Of a stretch of 55,181 nt of DNA, positions 9,808-18,096 are shown in pieces. Numbering within the stretch: the first letter of the stretch is position 1; every line of letters starts with the position of its first letter. The DNA comes from Parcubacteria group bacterium GW2011_GWA1_47_8 (lineage in GTDB: Bacteria; Patescibacteriota; Minisyncoccia; Phycocordibacterales; UBA1550), in assembly GCA_000996605.1 (NCBI GenBank), contig LCOP01000002.1, positions 1 through 55,181 of the forward strand, given 5' to 3'. The notes under the pieces are model-generated. The model made no database searches, was not told the DNA's origin, and worked only from the letters and a program-made list of their open reading frames with translations. Made by a program: the position numbers and the translations under genes.

Positions 9808-9916
9808 ATAATTTTTATAGTCTCAAGCTTGTCTTTGGCGAGCTTAGGACTATAAGGGGATCTATTCAAAATTCCATATTCGATATTCCATATTTCGTCC
9901 CACTCATATTCCATCT
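9782..9916. repeat. composite element E1: inverted GGAAT/ATTCC heptamer arms around a hairpin
   Basis: The left arm GTAGAATAGAGAACGTGGAAT (9782-9802) overlaps the CDS end. The inner hairpin is TATAGTCTCAAGCT...AGCTTAGGACTATA (9816-9854). The right arm holds ATTCCATATT, ATATTCCATATT and CATATTCCAT (9866-9913) and abuts the dnaJ ATG. Confidence 0.6.
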
Positions 9917-10960
9917 ATGAAAGACTACTACAAAACACTCGGTATCGAAAAGACCGCTTCTCAAGACGAGATCAAGAAAGCGTTTCGTAAGCTTGCGCAC
10001 AAATACCACCCCGACAAGGGCGGCGATGAAGCGAAGTTCAAAGAAGTGAGCGAAGCGTACCAAGTGTTGTCTGATGAAAAGAAACGCTCTGCATACGACC
10101 GTGGCGGATCTGATTTTTCCGGTCAAGGTTTCGACACTTCCGGTTTCGGAGGCTTCAATGCGCAAGGTTTTGGCGATATTGACTTGAACGACATCTTTGG
10201 CGACCTCTTTGGTGGGGGACGGCGAAGAGCCGAGGTGCGCCGTGGTCGGGATATCTCGGTAGACATGGAGCTTGCCTTCGAACAGGCGGTGTTTGGCGTG
10301 GAGCGTACCGTGTTGCTCACCAAGGCTTCTCCATGTGCCACATGCCACGGCAGTGGTGCAAAGCCGGGGACGTCTCTCAAGACCTGTACTACCTGCAAAG
10401 GGCAAGGACAAGTAAGCGAAACGAGACAGTCAATGTTCGGTACATTCACGCAAGCGCGCGAATGTTCCGTATGTGCAGGTGCGGGTAAGATCCCCGAGGA
10501 ACGGTGCGAGACGTGCAAGGGGCATGGCGTTGTCCGCCGCGCGGGGGATGTTACGATCCGTATCCCCGCAGGCATCGAGCACGGCGAGATGGTGCGCTTG
10601 ACGGGTGCGGGCGAGGCGGTTCAAAACGGCACATCGGGAGATTTGTATGTGAAGATTCGGGTGACGCCGCACAAAGTTTTTCGCCGCGAAGGGCAGAACC
10701 TCACCATGAATCTGCAGGTGAAACTTTCAGATGCGCTCCTCGGCGGGGAGTACGGAATAGAAACACTCGATGGGAAAATCTCGGTCAAGATTCCGCGCGG
10801 CGTTTCATCGGGAGAGGTTCTTCGGGTAAAGGGCAAGGGCGTACCCATTGACGAGAAGCACCGCGGAGATTTGTTCATCACCGTAATCGTAAAAATCCCC
10901 GCGAAACTTTCGCGCAAAGCGGAAAAGCTCGTCGCCGAACTCCGCGATGAGGGGGTATAG
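9917..10960 (+). CDS. dnaJ: molecular chaperone DnaJ (Hsp40)
   Basis: 347 aa. J-domain (KDYYKTLGI...KYHPDKGG), a G/F region, and four CxxCxGxG zinc-finger motifs ([32 protein letters not shown]). Confidence 0.95.
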   Translation: MKDYYKTLGIEKTASQDEIKKAFRKLAHKYHPDKGGDEAKFKEVSEAYQVLSDEKKRSAYDRGGSDFSGQGFDTSGFGGFNAQGFGDIDLNDIFGDLFGGGRRRAEVRRGRDISVDMELAFEQAVFGVERTVLLTKASPCATCHGSGAKPGTSLKTCTTCKGQGQVSETRQSMFGTFTQARECSVCAGAGKIPEERCETCKGHGVVRRAGDVTIRIPAGIEHGEMVRLTGAGEAVQNGTSGDLYVKIRVTPHKVFRREGQNLTMNLQVKLSDALLGGEYGIETLDGKISVKIPRGVSSGEVLRVKGKGVPIDEKHRGDLFITVIVKIPAKLSRKAEKLVAELRDEGV

Positions 10961-10971
10961 GGAAAAGAGAA

Positions 10972-11466
10972 TTAGGGTTTCGACACCACTGCCATAAAGC
11001 GAAGCTTGATGTCCGTGTTTTTCTTTGGGTACCAGTGTGGGTCAAAATCAAACCATAATCGAAGAAATACCAATTTTTGCATCTTTATGATTACCCCCTC
11101 GGTTGGTTCCGCAAGATAAACATGGTTTTTTGTCACTTTGTCCACCACACTGAAGTGGCCGATGTATCCTTTGAGCATCCATGACACAATGATGACGCGG
11201 TCTTTTGTGTTCGCACTCCGTAGTTTTCCCCACGTATTATCATACCCCGCTTCTACATTAAACGTAAGTTTTTCAAGCGCGCGAACTAATTGAGCATTAA
11301 AAAGCCCACCTCTCTTTTTATAATTTGTCACATCCGAAATTTTTTTGACACTGAGCGGTGCATCAAAATACCGAGCGGTCATTTCAATACACGTCGGTCC
11401 GCACGCGCTCGCATCTCGCTGTTTAAGAGGCTGAATTTTCATATGTCGCAACTTATTATACAACAT
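10972..11466 (-). CDS. stand-alone peptidase C39-like (papain-fold, bacteriocin-processing type) domain protein
   Basis: 164 aa. QRDASACGPTCIEMTARYF gives the Gln/Cys catalytic context, and IGHFSVVDKVTKNHVYLAEP gives the His motif typical of C39/C39-like domains. No ABC domain is fused. Confidence 0.7.
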   Translation of the reverse strand: MLYNKLRHMKIQPLKQRDASACGPTCIEMTARYFDAPLSVKKISDVTNYKKRGGLFNAQLVRALEKLTFNVEAGYDNTWGKLRSANTKDRVIIVSWMLKGYIGHFSVVDKVTKNHVYLAEPTEGVIIKMQKLVFLRLWFDFDPHWYPKKNTDIKLRFMAVVSKP

Positions 11467-11537
11467 GTTTTAAAATACCCGTAACAGTGCTATATTGTAA
11501 GCATTGAAGAGTTGATGATGCGCGAGACGATATTTAT

Positions 11538-12239
11538 ATGAACCCATTTTCATGGACTCCGACAGTCTTGCAGACATTTGTGTATCCGTTCACATGGATC
11601 AGTTTTCGTCTGTTCGCGCGGATCAAGATTCTTGGCAAGGAACACATTCGCGGGCACAAGCGCGGGGCGATCTTTGCCGTGAACCATTCGAGCGAGCTCG
11701 ACCCGATTCTTGTCCCCGCGACACTTAACCCTTTTTCACCCTTGATGCCGATGTTTTATCTTGCGCGCGAGCGGTCTTTTTATCCGCGAGCGGAAAAATT
11801 CGGCTTGGGGAGGATTTTTTATAGCGCGGCGTTCTTCAAAATGTGGGGGGCGTATCCTATCAGCGTCGGTACCGGCAACTACGAGGTTACCCTCAAGTAT
11901 CACTTGAGTATCTTGGAGCAAGGGAGAAGCGTGTGTATTTTCCCTGAAGGGAAAAAGACCGAAAATGGCGACATCGGCGAAGGCAAGCCCGGTGTCGCGT
12001 ATCTCCTCTGGCGTACGGGCGTACCGGTAATCCCTACGGCGATTCATGGACACTATCTCATGGGGGCACGCGATTTTATTGCACGCAAACATTCCATTAC
12101 GATTTCGTACGGGAAACCCATTACACGAGAAGAACTTTTTGGTACGGACGTCGACCGCGTGGTGCCCACTCACGAAGAATTGAAATCCGCCACCCACACC
12201 ATCATGTCCCGTATCCGCGAGATGTACGCGAGGACGTAG
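11538..12239 (+). CDS. plsC: 1-acyl-sn-glycerol-3-phosphate acyltransferase family protein
   Basis: 233 aa with the acyltransferase HX4D motif (VNHSSELD) and FPEGKKT (block III). Confidence 0.85.
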   Translation: MNPFSWTPTVLQTFVYPFTWISFRLFARIKILGKEHIRGHKRGAIFAVNHSSELDPILVPATLNPFSPLMPMFYLARERSFYPRAEKFGLGRIFYSAAFFKMWGAYPISVGTGNYEVTLKYHLSILEQGRSVCIFPEGKKTENGDIGEGKPGVAYLLWRTGVPVIPTAIHGHYLMGARDFIARKHSITISYGKPITREELFGTDVDRVVPTHEELKSATHTIMSRIREMYART

Positions 12240-12276
12240 GTAACCCACACAATATTCCCGAAATTTTGTTAATCCG

Positions 12277-12320
12277 TACCTACATCTATTATACGCTATA
12301 GCGTATAATAGATGTAGGTA
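12277..12320. repeat. perfect 44-bp palindrome (22+22, no loop)
   Basis: TACCTACATCTATTATACGCTA|TAGCGTATAATAGATGTAGGTA, 37 nt after the plsC stop. No T-tract follows. Confidence 0.95.
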
Positions 12321-12360
12321 GAAATGATAATGTAATAAACGCCGATATTTTGTATTTTAA

Positions 12361-12516
12361 GGGCTCATACGTTAATAACTTGATACAGTTTCGCTCAGAT
12401 TTGTGCGAATCGCATTTGAAAAATACTGAAGCATATCGGGATATGTTTAAGAATTTTTCAAATGCGATTCGCGCAAATATGAGATGAAAATGGTCAAGTT
12501 ATTAGCGCATGAGTCC
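12361..12516. mobile_element. MITE-like 156-bp element: ~65-nt imperfect terminal inverted repeats flanked by TAA/TAA
   Basis: The left end is GGGCTCATACGTTAATAACTTGA.... The reverse complement of the right end is GGACTCATGCGCTAATAACTTGA.... The inner 20-bp arms are perfect (GCGAATCGCATTTGAAAAAT / ATTTTTCAAATGCGATTCGC). TAA sits at 12358-12360 and 12517-12519. Confidence 0.45.
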
Positions 12517-12558
12517 TAAGTATGGTGCTCGGTGTTTTTTGGAACCGTCATAAAACTA

Positions 12559-12567
12559 TGGTATAGT
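12559..12567 (+). promoter_or_regulatory. candidate extended -10 box TGGTATAGT upstream of lysS
   Basis: TGnTAnAnT pattern, 17 nt before ATG 12585. No Shine-Dalgarno sequence. Confidence 0.4.
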
Positions 12568-12584
12568 TTTAATATATAAACACC

Positions 12585-14045
12585 ATGTCCGCATTAGACC
12601 AAATACAATCCGAGCGATTAAAGAAAATCTCCCGCATGCGGGAGGAGGGGGTGGATCCATACCCCGCAGAGTCTTTTCGCACGCACGAAAACGCAAAGTT
12701 TCTCGCATCATTCGATGCGCTGGTATCTGCGGGCGAGACGATAACGCTCGCAGGAAGGATTATGTCTCTGCGAGATCAAGGCGGTCTCGTTTTTTTGGAT
12801 TTACATGATGGCACTGCACGCGTTCAGGTCTTGCTCAAGAAAGACGACATGGACGAGAAAAGCTTTGCGCTCTTCATGGAGGTGGTGGATACGAGTGATT
12901 TTGTCGAAATAACCGGCACGGCGTTTACCACCAAGCGTAGCATCAACTCGCTCCTCGGGATTTCGTGGCGCATGCTCGCCAAGAGTATCACCCCTGTTCC
13001 CGACCTATGGTTCGGACTCAAAGACGAAGACGAACGCTATCGCAAGCGTTACCTCGACATATTGCTTAACCCCGAGGTCGCGGAGCTCGTGAAGAAGCGA
13101 TCCATCTTTTGGAACACGATTCGTACGTTTATGCTGGAGAGGGATTTTATCGAAGTCGAGACACCTATTTTGGAAACATTGACTGGCGGTGCCGAGGCGC
13201 GGCCTTTTATCACGCACCACAATACGCTTGACGTGGATGTGTATCTCCGTATTTCGGTGGGGGAACTGTGGCAAAAGAAACTTATGGCAGGAGGCATCCC
13301 CAAGACGTTTGAAATTGGGAGAATTTTCCGTAACGAAGGTATGTCGTATGAGCATGCAAATGATTACACGTCGTTTGAATTTTATGAAGCATATCAAGAC
13401 GCACGCAAGGGAGTCCCGATGCTTATAGAACTCTATCGCACGGTCGCAGAGAAAACATTCAGGACTTTGCAATTCAAGATCAATGATTTTGATGTCGACT
13501 TGGCAAAAGATTGGGATACGTACGATTTCAACGAGCTCATGAAGGGAAAATACGGATTTGACCCGCGCGATGTCAGCATGGATACGTTTCTTGCGATACT
13601 TAAAAAAGAGGGGATCCCTCACGAGCCGAATGTCGATCTCGGTCGCGGTGTCGACTTGCTCTGGAAGAAAATTCGCAAGACCATCGCCGGTCCGGCGATC
13701 CTCACGGGGATGCCTGTTTACCTCGAACCATTGGCAAAGAAATCGGAGAAGGATGTGCGCACGGTAGATCGATTTCAAATTCTCCTTGCGGGAAGCGAGG
13801 TAGGCAAGGCATTCAATGAGCTGAATGACCCTATCGATCAGCGAGAACGGTTTGAGAAACAGCAAGCGCTCCGCGACGCTGGTGACGACGAAGCCCAAAT
13901 GGCGGATTTTGAATATGTGGAAGCGATGGAGTACGGCATGCCTCCGATGTTCGGCTTTGGTGTATCTGAACGCCTCTTCAGTTTCCTTGCGGGAAAAAGC
14001 ATCCGTGAAGCGCAAATTTTTCCCCTCATGCGCCGAAAGGGGTAG
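12585..14045 (+). CDS. lysS: lysine--tRNA ligase (class II)
   Basis: 486 aa. N-terminal OB anticodon-binding region, then class II motifs (FIEVETPIL, RISVGELWQKKLM, FRNEG, GFGVSERL). Confidence 0.95.
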   Translation: MSALDQIQSERLKKISRMREEGVDPYPAESFRTHENAKFLASFDALVSAGETITLAGRIMSLRDQGGLVFLDLHDGTARVQVLLKKDDMDEKSFALFMEVVDTSDFVEITGTAFTTKRSINSLLGISWRMLAKSITPVPDLWFGLKDEDERYRKRYLDILLNPEVAELVKKRSIFWNTIRTFMLERDFIEVETPILETLTGGAEARPFITHHNTLDVDVYLRISVGELWQKKLMAGGIPKTFEIGRIFRNEGMSYEHANDYTSFEFYEAYQDARKGVPMLIELYRTVAEKTFRTLQFKINDFDVDLAKDWDTYDFNELMKGKYGFDPRDVSMDTFLAILKKEGIPHEPNVDLGRGVDLLWKKIRKTIAGPAILTGMPVYLEPLAKKSEKDVRTVDRFQILLAGSEVGKAFNELNDPIDQRERFEKQQALRDAGDDEAQMADFEYVEAMEYGMPPMFGFGVSERLFSFLAGKSIREAQIFPLMRRKG

Positions 14046-14137
14046 AATAAGGGCGTGTAGATACGATTCACGTTTTACTCGATTTGTGTATAATGGAGAC
14101 TACCGCGTTTTTCATGGGCTAACTGCCCATTTTTCTT

Positions 14138-15937
14138 ATGAAATCACGACATTCAAATATTGAGTATCCGGAAGTGCGTATTCGTGATGTAGCGTCTTCG
14201 ATGTGGCAAGGGATGAGCAAAAGCCCATTTTTGTTGTTTGGAGTTCTGCTCGGTCTCGGAGGGGCGTCCGCATTTGAAATTGTAGTTCCTCTTTATTACA
14301 AAAAATTCTTCGACGCTCTTTTGTTGCCTCAAGCCAAAGCCGAGCTCGCACCAGAGCTCATTCATATTATTTTTGTTGCTCTGTTGCTCAATGGAGCCGC
14401 TTGGATATGTTGGCGTGTTGGGTCGTACTCGATCGCGCGCGTTCAAGCAATGTCGATGGCAACCCTCCGCCAACAAGCGTACGACCACCTCCTCTATCAT
14501 TCATATAGCTTTTTCGCCAACAATTTTACGGGGGCGCTCGTCCAGCGTGTTGGGCGATACGCGCGTGCCTTTGAACGCCTGACGGACCGCATGGGATGGG
14601 ACATAATTCCACTCATAGTGCGTGTTGTGGGCTCAGTCATCATTACCGCCTATATTTTCCCTGCACTCGCACTCATCATTTTCGGGTGGGTTGTTTTGTA
14701 CATGACCGTCAACTATTTCTACTCACGGTGGCGTTTAAAATATAATTTAGAGATGGTGGTAGCGGACTCACGCACAACGGCGGTGCTTTCGGACTCTATC
14801 ACCAATCAGAACAATATTGATATTTTCAGCCAGCATGCGAAAGAAAAAAAGTATTTCAAAGAGGTGACGGAAGATCAGGCAAAAATCACCCTTCGCAATT
14901 GGCTCGCAGGTCAAGGACTCGACGCCATTCAAGCGGCACTTATTTTTCTCATCGAGTTTGCGATTTTTTATTTCACCATTCGCTACTGGGAGCAGGGGCT
15001 CGTCACAGTGGGAACATTCATCCTTGTCCAGTTGTATGTTTTGGGACTCGGGAGAAGGCTTTGGGATTTTGGCCGTATCATTCGTGATTTTTATGAAGGA
15101 TATGCGGATGCAAAAGAAATGGTGGAGATTATGAAGCTTCCCTATGAAATAAAAGACGTTCCTACGGCCGCACCGCTTCACGTATCGAGCGGGGAAATTG
15201 TCTTCCGCGACGTCACTTTTGCGTTCAACCAAACGCGCGAAGTTCTGCAAAACATAAACTTCACTATCAAGGCTGGCGAAAAGATTGCATTGGTCGGTCC
15301 GTCGGGCGCGGGCAAAACGACCTTTGTGCGTCTTCTGTTGCGATTCTATGATGTGACGAGTGGCAGGGTGCTGATCGACGGGCAAGATATACGCCATGCG
15401 ACGCTCGAAAAGCTTCGCAACAACGTGAGCCTTGTCCCACAGGACCCGCTCCTTTTTCACCGTACCATTATGGAAAATATTCGTTATGGCAAATCATCGG
15501 CGACGGATGCCGAGGTCATGGAGGCAGCACGCCTCGCTCATTGCGATGAGTTTATCCGTAGCCTGCCCAAGCAATACGAAACGTACGTGGGAGAACGCGG
15601 GATCAAGCTCTCGGGAGGGGAGCGTCAGCGCGTTGCCATAGCGCGCGCCATCCTGAAAAACGCGCCAATCCTCGTACTCGATGAAGCAACGTCAAGCCTG
15701 GACTCGCATTCCGAGGCGCTTATCCAAGACGCTCTTGATACGCTCATGAAAGACAAAACCGTAGTTGTTGTCGCGCACCGCCTTTCTACTATTCGCAAAA
15801 TGGACCGCATTGCGGTACTCAAAGACGGCGCGATCCTTGAAGAAGGCACGCATGAAGACCTGACCAAACAAAACGGCAGTCTCTATGCTAAACTCTGGGA
15901 CCTTCAAGCCGGCGGCTTTTTGCGGGATATTAGCTAG
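14138..15937 (+). CDS. ABC exporter, fused permease/ATPase half-transporter (MsbA/type IV exporter fold)
   Basis: 599 aa. Six-helix TMD, Walker A GPSGAGKTT, signature LSGGERQR, Walker B ILVLDEATS, H-loop VAHRLST. Confidence 0.9.
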   Translation: MKSRHSNIEYPEVRIRDVASSMWQGMSKSPFLLFGVLLGLGGASAFEIVVPLYYKKFFDALLLPQAKAELAPELIHIIFVALLLNGAAWICWRVGSYSIARVQAMSMATLRQQAYDHLLYHSYSFFANNFTGALVQRVGRYARAFERLTDRMGWDIIPLIVRVVGSVIITAYIFPALALIIFGWVVLYMTVNYFYSRWRLKYNLEMVVADSRTTAVLSDSITNQNNIDIFSQHAKEKKYFKEVTEDQAKITLRNWLAGQGLDAIQAALIFLIEFAIFYFTIRYWEQGLVTVGTFILVQLYVLGLGRRLWDFGRIIRDFYEGYADAKEMVEIMKLPYEIKDVPTAAPLHVSSGEIVFRDVTFAFNQTREVLQNINFTIKAGEKIALVGPSGAGKTTFVRLLLRFYDVTSGRVLIDGQDIRHATLEKLRNNVSLVPQDPLLFHRTIMENIRYGKSSATDAEVMEAARLAHCDEFIRSLPKQYETYVGERGIKLSGGERQRVAIARAILKNAPILVLDEATSSLDSHSEALIQDALDTLMKDKTVVVVAHRLSTIRKMDRIAVLKDGAILEEGTHEDLTKQNGSLYAKLWDLQAGGFLRDIS

Positions 15938-16115
15938 CCCACTTTCCACAGAGCATCTTTTCTATGCCCCATGCGGCTTCGTATTAGGGAGCCGCTCCCC
16001 ATTTTTCAAAAATCGGTCGAACCAAGAGAGGGTCATTTTCGCATACTCTTCCGTGTGTTTTGTGGCAGTTGTTTCTATCGCCGTACATTAGGGTTCAACC
16101 CATTTGTTTTTAAGG

Positions 16116-16943
16116 TCAATGTTTAACTGTCTCAGAATTTCCTGAATTTACGAAGACAACGTTATCACCTTTTTTAAATTTGAAATAGCCCGGTGCGGCG
16201 AAAACAATGGAAGCGGAAGGCTCGCAGTCGCAGATGTTGCGATAGTGTAAGTACATTTTTCGTATCTCGGATTCTGATAAGCGAATTATGGTGTGTCCGC
16301 GCCGTTCGTATCCTTCTATTGCTTTTGTGTAAGGTGACCACGGAGTCGAGAGCTTATCGGCGAAACTGTCATAGTTTGCCTTGGGGCCTATTCCAATTAT
16401 TTTTGCATTGTGACTGGACCTGTATAATTGTTCTGCCATGCCGACGAAGACTCCGCCGCTTCCAAGAGGAACAACAATGTAGTCGACGTTCGGCAATTTT
16501 GCGAGAATTTCATTGACGACACTGCCATACGACTCTTCATATCCGTTGGTGACATCCCAGATTACTTCATCATCACGTTCGCGGGCGAATGAAACAATCT
16601 CTTCAGGACGAAGAATTTTGTCTTGAAGATTGATTTTGATTACTTGATATGCGACATCAGAAAGTTTCTTATATATTTCCTCACTAACAGTTTTACCCAC
16701 GATGCAAGTAACTTTAATTCCTGTTTCGCTTATTAATTTTGAAAGACTGTACCCGTTATTACCAGAGGTAATCAGCGTCAGTTTGTCAACGCCGAGGCGG
16801 AGGGCTTCTTTCACGATAGTCTCGTTACGGCGATCTTTTATTGTCCCATATGGGTTGACGCTCTCATCTTTGATGTACATGTTAACACCTGGGTATTTTC
16901 GCGAGAGTGCATCAATTTTTGTGAGGGGAGTAATAGTGCTCAT
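16116..16943 (-). CDS. fold-type II PLP-dependent enzyme (cysteine synthase/threonine dehydratase superfamily), specificity unknown
   Basis: 275 aa. NPYGTIKDR contains the Schiff-base Lys context, with TSGNNGYSL and PLGSGGVFVG phosphate-binding loops. The start overlaps the upstream regulator stop (ATGA). Confidence 0.75.
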   Translation of the reverse strand: MSTITPLTKIDALSRKYPGVNMYIKDESVNPYGTIKDRRNETIVKEALRLGVDKLTLITSGNNGYSLSKLISETGIKVTCIVGKTVSEEIYKKLSDVAYQVIKINLQDKILRPEEIVSFARERDDEVIWDVTNGYEESYGSVVNEILAKLPNVDYIVVPLGSGGVFVGMAEQLYRSSHNAKIIGIGPKANYDSFADKLSTPWSPYTKAIEGYERRGHTIIRLSESEIRKMYLHYRNICDCEPSASIVFAAPGYFKFKKGDNVVFVNSGNSETVKH

Positions 16944-17719
16944 TTTTTCTTTTTAGAAAGATTATTGAGGCGCGTAGCCTCCTTCCATGAAAGTTCAAAC
17001 GCTTTTTTGAACGCATCGGCAAGCTCCTTGCTTTCGATGATAAGAGAAAATTTTTCAACAAGAGACATAAAAACAATCTTATTGTCGTAAATGTTTATTT
17101 CCGGAGAAAAACTATATTCCCCCGCCGGCACAAGCGCCGATTCGCGGGATTCTTCTTTGTCGTAAGCTGTTCTTTGGCGAGCCTCCTCTGTGTCAGGAAG
17201 AATTGATCGTATGGCAATACCTTTGTCGGCACGTCTTTTGTAATAATCAGGGAAATAGCCGGGAAGTGCTTTGTGCATATTCTCAATCGATGCATACGCG
17301 CGTATCGACTCGCTCGATGTTAGAGTATCTTCATAAGCGCTGATAAGTCCCTCCTTGCCTTCATAGAGCCGTACTTTCGGACGAGGTTTGTTTCCACGAT
17401 AGCGCGATTTGAGTTCCGGAAGAACAGAGTGTATTTGCCCTACAAGATTTTGATATCGTTTTGTTTCCTCTTCAGCTAATTGCAAGAGGCGTTCGGGAGG
17501 AGAGGCAACGTATTTAGTGATGCTATCCTCTTCTTTGTTAATGCTAATGAGGCCTCTTTTTTGAAGTGCTTCAATAATAACATACACCGTGCTTCGGTTG
17601 ATTTGCGACTGGTCGGCAATTTGGGTTGCTGTCGCAGTCTCAAGCTCAAGAAGCGCAAGGTACACAGCAATCTCTTTATCCGAAAATTTAAAATTTTGTA
17701 GTACTTTATCAATATCCAT
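16940..17719 (-). CDS. TrmB-family transcriptional regulator (winged HTH + C-terminal effector-type domain)
   Basis: The ORF track starts at TTG 17737; ATG 17719 gives MDIDKVLQNFKFSDKEIAVYLALLELETATATQIADQSQINRSTVYVIIEALQKRGLI, a typical TrmB N-terminus. Confidence 0.75.
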   Translation of the reverse strand: MDIDKVLQNFKFSDKEIAVYLALLELETATATQIADQSQINRSTVYVIIEALQKRGLISINKEEDSITKYVASPPERLLQLAEEETKRYQNLVGQIHSVLPELKSRYRGNKPRPKVRLYEGKEGLISAYEDTLTSSESIRAYASIENMHKALPGYFPDYYKRRADKGIAIRSILPDTEEARQRTAYDKEESRESALVPAGEYSFSPEINIYDNKIVFMSLVEKFSLIIESKELADAFKKAFELSWKEATRLNNLSKKKK

Positions 17720-17910
17720 GTTGTTAGCTCTTAACAAATAGCTTTACCCATAAGAATACAGGAAGTTATCCTGTTGTCAACTATTAACAACAAATCACTA
17801 ATTTTGTGGATTCAACTTCACATATCACTGTTATTTTCTAATACATTCGGACATTTTTTGACACATACGACTAAATAACGATGTTGATGTTCTTTTTGCG
17901 GAGGTCCATT

Positions 17911-17988
17911 ATGAAACTATCATATACTGATCCCAATTGCCCGGATTGTCCTGGCGACCCCGGTGATCCTCCTTGCGGCGGTGAGTAA
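17911..17988 (+). CDS. unannotated 25-codon sORF: MKLSYTDPNCPDCPGDPGDPPCGGE
   Basis: ATG at 17911, preceded by GGAGG (17900-17904, 6-nt spacer); TAA at 17986-17988. The coding stretch is GC-rich in an AT-rich spacer, and an intrinsic terminator begins 14 nt downstream. Too short for the ORF track. Confidence 0.5.
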   Translation: MKLSYTDPNCPDCPGDPGDPPCGGE

Positions 17989-18002
17989 GTAACCTTGCCA
18001 TG

Positions 18003-18043
18003 AGGGCGCCACTTTTTATTTATGAGTGGCGCCCTTTTAATTT
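18003..18043 (+). terminator. intrinsic terminator/attenuator between the sORF and the prolyl oligopeptidase gene
   Basis: AGGGCGCCACT (18003-18013), an 11-nt loop, AGTGGCGCCCT (18025-18035), then TTTAATTT. Confidence 0.65.
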
Positions 18044-18073
18044 CATTTGTGTATGTTTTTATCGCTGTGCTCA

Positions 18074-18082
18074 TGATAGTAT
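18074..18082 (+). promoter_or_regulatory. candidate extended -10 box TGATAGTAT upstream of the prolyl oligopeptidase gene
   Basis: TGnTAnnAT pattern, 14 nt before ATG 18097 and downstream of the terminator hairpin. Confidence 0.35.
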
Positions 18083-18096
18083 ATAAATTAATATAT

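Noticed and set aside
13005-14015. 336-aa ORF antisense to lysS
   Set aside because: It lies entirely within the lysS coding region on the opposite strand and has no recognisable motifs. The lysS frame carries all class II synthetase motifs.
15938-16115. Possible small gene or gene remnant in the 178-nt spacer after the first ABC exporter (plus-strand ORF 15885-16091; short minus-strand ORFs of 24-35 codons)
   Set aside because: There is no start context, no promoter-like box and no recognisable similarity. It may be a decayed fragment, but I cannot support a call.
18022-18096. Upstream extension of the POP ORF (start at 18022)
   Set aside because: ATG 18022 lies in the loop of the terminator hairpin. 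The extension encodes a hydrophobic stretch that POPs do not have. ATG 18097 gives the canonical N-terminus and is preceded by a -10-like box.
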